Shown: piece after piece, positions 48,843 to 60,719 of the stretch | Numbering within the stretch: the stretch's first letter is position 1 | Layout of the letters: each line of letters starts with the position of its first letter | DNA from: Selaginella moellendorffii | Lineage: Eukaryota; Plantae; Lycopodiophyta | DNA length: 64,000 bases | Direction of reading: 5' to 3' | NCBI RefSeq assembly: GCF_000143415.4 | Contig: NW_003314262.1 | Span: 3,916,021 to 3,980,020 of the forward strand | Program-made: the position numbers and the translations under genes | Notes under the pieces: model-generated | What the model was told of the DNA's origin: nothing | Seen by the model: the letters and a program-made list of their open reading frames with translations, nothing else | The model's database searches: none

Positions 48843-50401
48843 ATTTACTCTAAATTTCTTCTAGCAAGACTAGAAAACATGACCATTGACTGAAAGGGAG
48901 ATTTACAGTGCTGCTAGAGTGGTTCGAGTTGGCTGAGCTTTACCTCTTCAACAAAGAGTTACAGTCCATTGTGGAGCCTAGCTAGGTGTGGTTTTATAGT
49001 CCGAGCTTGTAAGACTTCGGTGGAGGAACGAGGCAGAGGGCATTGTCTCCAAGCGCTCATCTGGACGGCGCCGCAGCTGCTGTTCTCATCGTCGACAAGA
49101 GATCCGATGTATAGAGGAAAATAAAGCCTCGCCGAGGACGAGCTTGATGAATCGGAGCGAGTAGAGCCTCCAGCAAGAATCGGAGATGGCAATCGATTCT
49201 AAAGACGGGGAAGTAACTGGAATTCTAGCTCACGATTTGCATTTTCTTCTCTGGAGACCAAGCGGCTGGATGCCTGGATTTCCTCGCTCAATGATCCAGC
49301 CCTCGCAGATCTCCTCCAGCAAGAGGCACCGATCAGCGGGGACAGCCCCCCGAAACCCAATGCTTGGATTCTAATTAGATACTATAAACTATAAGGCTCT
49401 AGAGAGCCACCACTCGCTTAAAAACAGAGTCTTACCAAGTTTAACCTCGACTTCCTTCTGAAGTTGAAGTGCTGATCGCATACAAGCACCTGGATATGGG
49501 CTGCTATAGTCAGTACGACTCATGCTCTCTGATCCCATAACGTACCTAGAAATGAGGTTGCTATAGTCATTGCGACTCATGCTCTCTTTTGTCGTCTTGG
49601 TTGTGATTCTGGTTCGAACCGTCCGCCTTGCCTGAAAGCACATAAAATGGCAGGTATAAGAGAAGAAACAAAAAAGAAGGGTATACCTGTACCACAAATG
49701 GACTACCTTGTCAGGATCATACGCAGAAGATATCAGCGATGCTGTATCGTCGTTTTCACACGATTAAGCCTGATTGGAAATGGTGAAGAGAAACCCTCAG
49801 CTTCATAGCATAGGAATATGAAATCCGGAACTGAGCTGATTGCAAGCTTCCTGATCTCCACGACAACAGCATGAACTGCCGCTCACCTGAACAGCGAGCG
49901 CCGCCGAGCTCATCTTGACGGACTGGATGCCTGGCATGGCCTGGAAATGGTTCGTGTTTGTTCCCAGACTTGCCGATGATCAGTTCCACCAGCTCGGAAT
50001 AGTGACAGTCTAACTTGAACCGATTGTAGAGCTGAACGAATGGTGATTGTCTTATAATTTTTTCTGATGAAGATCTGCTCTATCAGGAGAAAAGCATCTG
50101 GAAGGATACCTTTGCCCGGAAGAGATGAGAATGGCCACCTGGGGTAATTTCTGCCGCTTAAGACATCCAGGGCCAGCATTCTTGAGCATCCTCAACTAAT
50201 ATTGCAAATCGTCTCGTGGTGGCGTGGTCTGAGGAAAATGCTCATAAAAACATCCCTTTGCATTTCCAAGACAACATACCGAGATACAAAATGCCTTCTC
50301 GAAGCAAATGCCATCCTGGCACACTCCATTAAGATCCCCTCTTGCCACCCTTTGTGAAGATTTGAACTAATCTCAACTACAGGCTTTAACAATTCAAAAG
50401 A

Positions 50402-52203
50402 TCACAGCCGCAATTGCACGAGCTGTCCATCAAAACTTAGCTGGACATCAAGGCCCTCGGAATGTTTCAAGTCGGCTAATTGTTTATTTACCTTGTCGTG
50501 ATCCATCGTGTGCATCATCCCTGAAACCAAAGCTAAGCTCTCAAAACCAAGATAGAAAAAGACGAGTACCTGTAAAGAGCGTGCGCTTGGGATGTACTCT
50601 TTTCACAGCATCTAAAGCCTGAAAACAGAGGAGAAGAATGTCTCTCTTGCGAATTTACAAGAACAAATCCAAACCTGGTCAAGAGAAAAATGTGTCGTAC
50701 TGGGACGATCGGGTCTCAGTGCATCCTGCATGACATGATCGTGAGAAACACTACTAACAACGTCGATCTAGAGGAAGAACGCGAACTTACGACAACCAAC
50801 AAATCGCAGTTTTGTAGAAGTGCATATGTTTCCTCTGGAATCTCGCTCACATCGCTGCAAGTGGACACGCAAGCAACAAGGACCCTGTCCGACTGTAAAT
50901 TTGCTGTTTACCTGATATAACACATGTCTGCTATTCGAAATCCTAGAGAACGATATCCAGGGCCGTGCCAAACCGGCAGTGGTGTAACCTGAGCAGTCCA
51001 GCAATCATCAAACTAAAGAAACAGAGGATAACATATTCCAGACCTTCACGTCCTCGACAAAGAATGGCTGTTCATCAATCACTTTGAATTGAAGCTTGGA
51101 AACTTGCGTTCCCTCCGTGATCACGGTCGGATCAAGCAAATAGTAGTGAGTTTTTCCCATGACCTGCAAAGAACGAATTCGGTCGAGCTTTCACTCGTCT
51201 GCGTAAAGAGCTCACAACACCTCCAAATCTCTTTGGGCGACATATATTGGAATCGAGTCTTGTATGTTGTTCGTCCAGTCGCGAAGGTCATCCAAGCCTG
51301 AAAAAACACTTGCACAATTGAAAAAGAGTGCCAGAAACTTTACAAACTTACCGCCAATAGCATCCGCATGAGAATGGGTAATAATAACAGCGTCAAGGTG
51401 CCTTAATCTGTCAGGAAGATCTCGAGAAATGAGATAGAGAGGGAGGAAAAACAAAAACCATGTCTCACCCGTAGTATGGAAACCATTGAAGCGCACTGTG
51501 GTAGAAGAACCTACATAGGAACACGAAAAATTCAGTCTCGGGACCAGCGCAAGTTAGCAATGTCAGTCATCCAATGCAACACCAGAACAGAAAAGTGGTG
51601 GAACAATACAGTACTCACAGATGATAGTTTTTAGATTTCGCCGTACTTGCCAGCATCAACGAGTATGTTCATCCTGGTTCCATCGCGCCTTGGGTAGCGT
51701 ACGATAATGCTTGTGTTCCGCCTCCTGTTCTTATTGCCGACCTGCAAGGCAGCGAAGCAGACCTGTACAAGATCGGATCATCGTGAGCGACAACAAGAAC
51801 TGCAAAAGATGATACTCGATAACTTACAGGACATCTCTTATAGCGATTTGTAAGACAGCTAACTCTTGGAACACCTTCGCTAGTCCCTGTTCCCAGGAAG
51901 ATCACATCAAAGAAGCGCTGCTGAGAAGGCAGCCCAGAGAGATCGTTCACTCCAGCCACATTTCTATCCTGAAAACGAAGTGACAAACCAGTAAAACTTA
52001 ACGAATGTTCACGGAAAAAAATGTAGTCTACCTATAAGAGATGTGAGAAATACCTGGATTGCAGCGGCGCAAAGGCGCCTATCGAGGCGCGGCCACCAAG
52101 ACGAAGCTAGGCGAGCGGCAGACCAGAGCGCGCCCAATCGAACGAGGCGATCGCGAGGATTTGCAAGCACAATGTTGTGCGGCATCGGCGCCACACACGC
52201 CAT
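50402..52203 (-). CDS. Metallo-beta-lactamase-fold hydrolase (PhnP-like), multi-exon
   Basis: FLGTGTSEGVP; ILVDAGK; IITHSHADAIGGLDDLR; PLPVWHG; SDVSEIP; THFSL; GMMHTMDH; LSFDG. Confidence 0.9.
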
Positions 52204-52692
52204 TCCCCGCCGCGATTAAAACCCCTCCCTCATCGAGCACACATTCTCAACACAAAATAGGGTTCTTACAAGGCGAGAACATTCCATCAGTAAATGTCGC
52301 ATATTCTGGTAGAGTTCCACCAAAAGCTTATAGAGAAGCTTGGCGACCCCTGCACCCCCTCATAGAGCAAAGCTTCGTTTTTGGAATTTCTATCGACCAA
52401 AACTCGAGCCTCAGCTTCTCATCGCGCCCTTGCCTCCCATCGCGCCCTTGCCTCCGCTTGAGATCCGCTGCAAACCATTCCGAGAAATCTTAGATGATCA
52501 CTCGCTGGGCATTTTCTTACCTGGAGCGAGAAGACCTCTGCCAAGCCACGGAGATCCTCACTCTTTCAGAGTCACCACACTGTAGATCTTATTGGAGTGA
52601 AGAAGCGCCACCACCTTCTTCTTGTTCCCCACGAAAACTTGATCCACCACTCTTTCTATGCTCAAACTTCGTATCGAGCACACATTCTTTCA

Positions 52693-54055
52693 TTAGGAAG
52701 ATCGCCACCAAAAGCTTACGGAGAAGCTTGGGCTGAGGGACTTGACGTAATGCCACCACTTCGGTGGAATGTAAAGCATCTGGCCTTCTCCAAGAACACA
52801 GTCGACAAAAGCTAGCTTCTCCGCCAGAGGAAAGCGCTCATAGTCTGGTTTGTCAAGATCGAGCTGGAAAGGACAAGAGAGAATTTTCAGCACTGATGGA
52901 AGACCTGACAAACTCAAACCTGGCTAGAGTTTTGCAGCATTGGATCGCTGAAGGGGTGCAAAGAGTCCGAGAGCTCTGGAGAGTAAAGCCTCACGTACTT
53001 GGTACCGACGACTTGGGCGAGCAAGTTGTGGTGGGGGTCGTGGTGTAAAGGTGTGACGGTACCGCTGGGACCAAACCAGGCATTGATCGAGTGAAGCTCT
53101 CCATCGCCACAAGCACAGTAATCTGGAGTCACTATGTCGCGCTGTAGCTCGGGAATCTGGCAGCCTAATCCTATCAACGGTTTGAACCAACTTAAGACGG
53201 AACAAGGAACTCAAAACCACACCTGATCGAACAGCGGATGCTGAGCGAGATATGCTCTTGAAGTAGAGTCTCCAGGATCGTGGATTCGATCTAGGAAGCG
53301 AGACATAGTCATGAGCTCTTGCTTCCAGCCTTCCGCCAAGTATGTCTCGCCTACCTGATTGAAAGTTTCGCTCAAGACGAGGAAAGTGAAAGGATGCAAC
53401 GGTGTTACCTCTACTGGAACTGTCCGGTTTCCAGCGATCTTGTGAAAGTAGCTCAAGTCTTTCCATTTCTCCATCGCAGGCCAATGCGCCATTGTGTCTG
53501 TCAAGATTGCAGGAACACCCGGTGCAAAGAGCTCTTGCAGAAACTTTTGGATCGATGGAAATGCCATAGTTCGCATTGGTGGTCCTTGCAGCGATCCCGG
53601 CGGCAAGCTTTCAGCCTAAAAAATATCAAAGGATGAGCATCATACACGAAAGGACAAAAAGAAGTACTAGAGGCTACCTGGACTGTGAGCTGATCGTCTC
53701 CACGAACAGCAGAGGGTGGTTCCGAAGCTTGCGAAAGCGAAGAGATCGCTGCATTGAGCCGGGGGCGAAAAGCCAAGCCTCCCATCATCAATCCCATATC
53801 CAAAACTCTGGTGGCCTCAGCGTGATCGCCCTTTCTGCGCAGCTCCTCCGCCCAGTACACGCAAGCCAACGCATACCCGTCCCGCCAAGCACAATCGACC
53901 TGGTGCCAATCCCCCAAATGGAGCTGCTCCCACGCCAGATCGTGCGCCTCCTCTGCCATGGAAGGATCGCTACGGCATTTCCTCATCAGCTGGCAGAACG
54001 CAAATCCACCCTGGCGCCAGACGCTCGCCAAGACACTCTCCTCAAGCGCATCCAT
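52693..54055 (-). CDS. JMJ30: JmjC protein JMJ30/JMJD5 (KDM8)-like, multi-exon
   Basis: [10 protein letters not shown]; AGNRTVPVE|VG; [10 protein letters not shown]; [20 protein letters not shown]; [25 protein letters not shown]. Confidence 0.92.
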
Positions 54056-54153
54056 CCTGCCCTAGCTCTTACTGAAGAGCCCTAAAATCTATCCATAGGG
54101 CGGGCTTCTTAGATTTAAAAACTCGCTATACTTCGTCGAAAAACCACCGATTT

Positions 54154-55320
54154 CTAGCTGGATTTTTGCTGCGGCTTTTGCAAGTCATGCACCACACACA
54201 AATCTGCCGCGCTTTTCATCTGGAAAACCACTACCCAAGTGAGAACTAAGCAAAGGAGCAAGAAGAACTTCACCTGGACGAGATTTACTATCTGCTTGAT
54301 CACGCAGCCGGGAAATGCAAATAGTCCCACGTAGAACAACACTGATTTCTCGGCAGCAGCCGTGAGCACCACCTAGATTGAAACAAGAAAATCAAACATG
54401 GAATGCGAGAGAGTTTGAGACATACCTCTGTGAGATCCTTGGAGCCATCTCCCAAGAGATACAAGACGAGGTATAGAACCTCTGCGCCGATAGCGCAGTA
54501 GCCCATCACAGCTCGGTACTGATAGTAGAGTCGAAGAAGAAGGCTCTTGCTATCGTTCACGTCCTTGTGGCTGGTTTTGTTGGAGAGAAACGTACTACGA
54601 AAGAAAAAATGAAAGAAGTTTAGCCGCATTTGTATTTTCAATCGTTTTGTGAAGAACAAACCTGTACATCTGGAGCCAGTGGCTGGAGATGTCGAGGGCG
54701 AGAAGCCCCACAAACAGGAGATATGCGTTCCTGGTATGGAAAACTATCAGAAGAAAAATCCCTCAAACCAAGCGAAAAACTGAGAAATCTTACGAGAAGA
54801 GATGCGAAAGGATGACGAGAAGTGCTGCAGTGCTGACCCTGTTGACGAGAACAAAGAAGGAACAGCGATTATAGCTTGATTGAATCAAATTCTCGGCACT
54901 ACCTATCCGTGACCATGTCGAGAACAGCTCCAAATGTCGACCCTGTAGAGCAAAGCTTTGTTTTACACAAGAAGGCCAAAAAAAAAAAAAAAAAAAAAAA
55001 AAACAAACAACAAGGCGCTCACTTTGATTCAGCAATTGGGCAAAGCGTCCATCGAAATAATCGCAAACGAAACTGCGGGCGGGTTTGAGAAAAATGTATG
55101 GCGGCATTGTTGTGAAACTCACCTAAAGAAGTAGAGCGCCACGAAAAGAGCCTTGTGGCTAAAGCATATCGCAAAAGCCGTGATGTTTATGAGGATTCTC
55201 GCGTACCCTGCCACAAAATAAAACGTAGAGATTGAGGCGATCAAGCGAATCGTGCATACCAATGAGATTGGGAACGTAGAGATAGATCGGCCAGGGCCTC
55301 GATGTAGCTGAAGCAGCCAT
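54154..55320 (-). CDS. PIS1: Phosphatidylinositol synthase (CDP-alcohol phosphatidyltransferase), multi-exon
   Basis: IYLYVPNLIGYARI; CDYFDGRFAQLLNQ..FGAVLDMVTDR; LDISSHWLQMY; TSHKDV; IKQIVNLVQ. Confidence 0.92.
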
Positions 55321-55756
55321 ACCTAAACCCTAGCTAACTATTGGTTTCTTGAGAAGCAAGGATCCAAAAAGTCGGGAGCACTCCATATGAATTTTGTGTG
55401 TTTGTTTGATGCCTTCTTCCTTACAATAAGTCAAGAACATTGGGATCACTCCCAGAGCGAGGTATCCTCCGCATTTACTACAAGGAGATGATAGAATTGT
55501 TAAGTCAGGCACAACTAAGAGGCATCCAATGTTGAATGCTTACAACATCTGAATTTTATTATAGACAAACAAAATAACAATCAAGAAACCTTTGTAGATC
55601 TTTGGCTGTCAAATATAAGTATTATAATCTATATGTAAATCTTGAGTATGAAATATTAAAAACAAAACGTTATTTTGTCATAATTAATTTATGGTACTCA
55701 TTATAATAAAAATTAAATTATTTAGCTAAATTTAAAAATATTAAAATATTTAAAAT

Positions 55757-56098
55757 ATTGGTTTGATCACTTTACAGTGATTACCATATATCATTTTTGG
55801 GATGATGCTTGGCATTTGCATAAATTTCCTATATGTCTCCAAGGAATGGCATTGCAATGATATAATAGTTTGAATGCACTCACTCATGAGAATTAGAGCA
55901 TTCTTCTAAACATTTTTAAACATGTATTTAAACATGTTGACAATTATGATGATGCTTTTTAACAATTGCATCATTTTTCTCAATGGCCATTTAAGTTGAT
56001 GATGCAATTTGGCGTTTATTTCTAAAGTTTTTTGCTTTGTGCGGAGCCAAATATGTTAAAGCAAATCAAGTTGGGAATGTTGTAGTTAACACTTCGTC
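55757..56098 (+). mobile_element. Highly decayed gag fragment of the same family as the outer gypsy element
   Basis: Aligns to the reverse complement of about 11422-11682 (attggtttgatcactt, gatgatgctt, aacacttcgtca). Confidence 0.8.
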
Positions 56099-57179
56099 AT
56101 ATATAATAATGTCTTTATATAATTTTGAAGTCTCATTTTCAAGACTGACAATCTAAACTTTCAAAAACCTTTAAATTTTTTCTTAATATAAATATTGACA
56201 AGAGATGCTTTCAACATTAAAAATTTAGTTTGTTTAGAGTGTAAGAATGGCTAAAGAAACTATTATTGCTATTTGCATTTGGCCCCTATATATTTTATAT
56301 AAGTCTCCACCTCCATTTCCAATGTCTACCAACATTCCACCCTTCTTTCTATATAATAATTGTTGTGAGGTTCTTTCTTTTGTAGTCCCAAGTATGACTG
56401 AATAAAATATCCCTTTTCTAAATAATGTTTTAGATATTGCTACTAAAGATGGATTGACTCATGTGTTTCAAGAGTGATGCTAAATGTTTCTTCAAGATTT
56501 TGTGAAACTTTTGAAAGAATGAATATAAATTATCTTTAATGTCCTATATAGTACTTTTATTTGGATAAAACAAAAGGCTACATGGGTTTAAAAACTTTTC
56601 TAGAACATTGTCACAATTACCCAAAAACTGGTGTGGAAGGTGTGCATAAATGGATGTATAAGAAAATTCAAAAAGAGCTAAGAACTCATAACCATTATCG
56701 CTTTATAGTGAGGAACAATATTTCATTAATAAATATTACATCCATAAATACTAAATATGGTACTTTTAAGCCACCCTACTGAAGTTCTAGCTATTAATAA
56801 TTCTCACACTATAATATTATCTATCCCTCCTTCTATATAAGTAATAAATTCATAATATTAGTAATTATGAAATTTGATAGATTGACACTGTAACTATCTC
56901 TAATACTGACACTGTCACTATCACTATCTTTGACACTAACACTGACATTGTCATTGTCACTATCATTATCACATTGACATGTGACATTCTTTTCTTATTA
57001 CAAGTGGATGCATTCAACTATCTTTTAATGTATCATCAATAAATAGATTTTTTATACAATTCCTTCTCAATTTAGGGGAAGAGTTATATTGCATATGTTG
57101 TGCCATGCATACCTAAGAAGACTTCTAGAAAACTAGATATATATTGCATATAAGTTTTTAAAACATCATAAATTACCTC

Positions 57180-60100
57180 CTAGAAGCAACTGATAGAGAA
57201 GGATGAAAACCTCTAAAGACGGCATTTAAAGAACTCATATTCTTCAATTGCAAACACTGATCTACTAAAGTCATATGCTACCTTGACCATTGAACCACTA
57301 CCTACTTTGTAATCAATGACAACACCTTTAGTTGGGCAATAAAGCTCAAATAAGACATGCATCATTGATGGAGATTAGAACCGATACCCAGATAATGTGT
57401 TGCGAATGTCATTATTTATGAGATTTGGTATGATGTCAATAGAGCTATCATGCCCTGGCAAAACCTGTATAACACATTCGCTATCACAAAAACCTTCATT
57501 TCCTCTTTTTCAGAATATATGGTAAATCCATATCATAACCTAAATAATTAAACTTTAGAGACAACCCAAAATACAAGATGATTTTTTACCTTTTCTAGCA
57601 TCACTAGGATGCATTTAGTCTCAACCCCAACACTATCCATGATGCACTTGGAAGAGAACCTCTTGAAGTTGACTCAAGTTGCATATCTCATGAGTAGGAT
57701 AACTAATAGGGGTCATTCGGGAGAATGAAGGTAATTTGACTAGTTGTGTGAAGGAGAATTGCTATTAGAAGCATTCTTCAAGTGGTCTTCAGTTAGGATG
57801 TTCCAGCTTGGGACATCACCATCAGCGTTTAGAAGACCATCTGGCATGTCAAAGAGCATGAAATTTATACTCTTGAGCAGTTGCCTATGGATCTTCTAAC
57901 AAAAGCGCTCCCACTTTTGCTGGATAGCCATATTCTCAACATCCTCCTTGAAAGATGCCATTAATGAACTGTAGGAGCCAATAAAGATCCCAAATTCACT
58001 ATGGAATGCCATTGAAGAAACAAGATAAATCTAGGGCGAGAAGACAAAGATAAGATGTGAAATTAAGAAAAATTTACATACTGTCATGTGGCATGTGGTA
58101 AATATAAATTGCTCTAGGTCCTCTTCTTAGGCATCAAGACGAGCTAGAATGAAGTTGCTCCCAATAATTTTTGCTACAACTATTTTGAGGAATTAGTCAT
58201 CTTTACTCTCTTTACTATTGGCACCGATAATGTTGACATTCTCATGGCCATCATTTTCGTCATTTGGCACATCTTCATTGTTGCCTCTTGCAACCTCTTG
58301 ATGGGTTGGCATATAATCTAGCATCTCCAATTCCCAAGGACAAGCTTGCTTTATCACTACTGGAAACTTCATTGTTGTCAATTACATGTCTCCATCTCTC
58401 ACGCCATGCATCAAGGGTCAATTACATACTGGTGTTTCAAAAGGAATACCTCTATATCAAAGATACCTACAATAGAATATAAACAAATTGAGTATAGTTG
58501 AGAAATTATATGTTACCTGAAAGCTACTCACCGCATGAAGTAAGGTTGGCCAAGCTATTTATCAAATGGAGTTGTGCTTATGGCCTTCTTTAGCAGCTAG
58601 TCATCTTTGAGTTTTGTAAACTTAGTGGTGACAAAGTCTTTGAATGGAAGTTGCTCAGGATCATCCCCTATAAAATACGCTAGAAACATATCTCCTTTAT
58701 ATATAATTTGTGAAATATAGATGGTCCTCCTCCTCATAATCTCCATCATATTGTCTAAACCTTTTTCTCCTTCCCTGAGTCTGGTATTAAGGTCATTTAG
58801 AATGTGTATCTGCTCCTCATATGTAAGCTTTGACTTTGAGATGTTGTAAATAATTTCATCTAGAGTCTTGTCCGCTAAGAAACAACATTTATGAGTAACC
58901 TTCAAGTAAACATAGATAATACTTACTTTTATGATAAATAATCTCTGTTATGATGTCAAACCACTTCTTTGGGAGTCGAGGGTCGGCCACACTGAATAAT
59001 TTCTTTGTGATGTTGATTTTCTTGTCAATTGTGGCTAAATGCTCTGAGAGTTCTTGATCATTTTTAGCTCGATGCAATTGTGCATATGCATCTTGCTTAA
59101 CTTTCACCAATAACTGAAGACAACACAAACATTCAGTGATAAAATGTATATTGAGAAGAACATACTATAAACTCTTGAATTTGGTCTTCCCAAGAGGTCA
59201 CTCAGCCCAGTACTATTCAAACCAAGATGCTTAACCCCAAGTATCCCAGAAACCTTAACCGATTGGAAATGGGGGTGCACTCTTATTCATGGGCCCTTTC
59301 CTTCTATATTTGAACCTCTATGGATCATCTTTTAAATTATTCTCTTTAATTGCTTACACATACCTTACTCCACTTGTACCATTTATTAGCATCTTGATGA
59401 TCTCGTTGATGCTGAATAAGTGATGCTAAATTGTCACTATAGTGGCTATAGATTGCATCCTCATTGAGATTGGCAAGAAATTGAATTTGCTTGATATCAT
59501 GCACTAGGCTTTTCTTCTGCATTGCAAACTGTCTTATCTTGCAAAACACAAATTGTTAAAAGTGATTGAAGAGGGAGAGGTATTTATACATTAATTTTGT
59601 GGTAAGCTATCACAAGCCTTGCCATATCTAGAGATCCTCTCGTGTGTACATGTCCAATCAAAACATTGATGTGATAGACAAGATTATCTTAGAACCATTC
59701 ATTGATGCATTTCATCCATACACACTAGTGATGATTCCCATCAATAATGTAGAATATTTTCCCCATAAATTGTTGAGTCTCAGGATGGCTCATAAGCATC
59801 TTGTCAAATTTGCAGGACTTAATTTTCCAAATGTCATCTCAAACCCTCTTGATTTTCAAATACACTAAGAGGGTATTTGTCGTTCTTGGCTTGAACACCA
59901 AAACAAGGAACATACTTATGTTTGTTTCAAGGCTATTCTGTTTAGATAGACTATAGATGTCTATATTGACGAAGTGAGGTGAAGTATACCAAATAATACT
60001 TGTCTGAGTCAATCGACATAGTGGGATCTCTCAGATCATGTCTTTTGGGCCTTCCCACTTGAGAGACTCTAGAGTCGTGTGAATGGCCTTCTCTTTGGTT

Positions 60101-60655
60101 CTTAAAACCATCTTCTGAAAGTGTTTGTCCATGATATGTTTAGGTAGCTGCACTTCTCTTTCAACTTCAACTACACCTTCAATAGCACCATTATCAAATC
60201 TAGCCCCCAACTCAAGCCCAACACCCCCGTCAGGTGCACCTGGGCACTACTCCATAATGTAGCTAGTTTCTACCATATTTTACAAATATGTTAAGAGTAG
60301 TGGCATTTGAGGTGGTGGCGGCAGCACTAGTGGCAACAATGGTGGTGATGACAATGGTTGCAAAGGCATTGTTGGTGGTGATGACAGTGGTGGCAGTGGT
60401 GGTAATGGTGGTGATGAAGGTGGTCATGGCAATGGCAGTGAAGGTGGTAGTGGCAGTAATGGTGGTGATGGCAAAAATGGGGGTGGATGTGGATTGGAGT
60501 TATTTGGTTGCAGAGCTCGCAATGTAGATGGCAGAGTTGTCGTTGTAGAAATCTCTATATGAAGGTCAAATTAGTTGTCGTCCTAGATCTCATTTTCCTC
60601 ATCTCTTGCTCTCTTTGATCCAATATCCTTATCCTTTTGTAGTTGTTTTCATTTC
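57180..60655 (-). pseudogene. Decayed multi-exon gene: Pro-rich N-terminus, ParB-like motif, beta-class N6A/N4C DNA methyltransferase domain
   Basis: FYIIDGNHH* at 59754-59725. SINFMLFDMPDG at 57871-57836 (DPPY-like motif IV). LFELYCPTKGVVIDYKVGSGSMVKVAYDFSRSVFAIE within 57353-57243 (motif I). GT-AG introns and many stops. Confidence 0.68.
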
Positions 60656-60719
60656 TGAAAACAAGAAAAACTCATTATAAAGGAAAAAAAAAGAAAAATG
60701 CATAAGAAGTGATTGCGTA

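Noticed and set aside
49390-50390. Short minus-strand ORFs with a duplicated ESMSR.DYS unit
   Set aside because: Broken frames and no identifiable family; left unannotated.
60288-60527. Val/Met-rich apparent membrane peptide on the plus strand
   Set aside because: Reverse complement of the Pro-rich (CCA)n-like tract of the minus-strand pseudogene.
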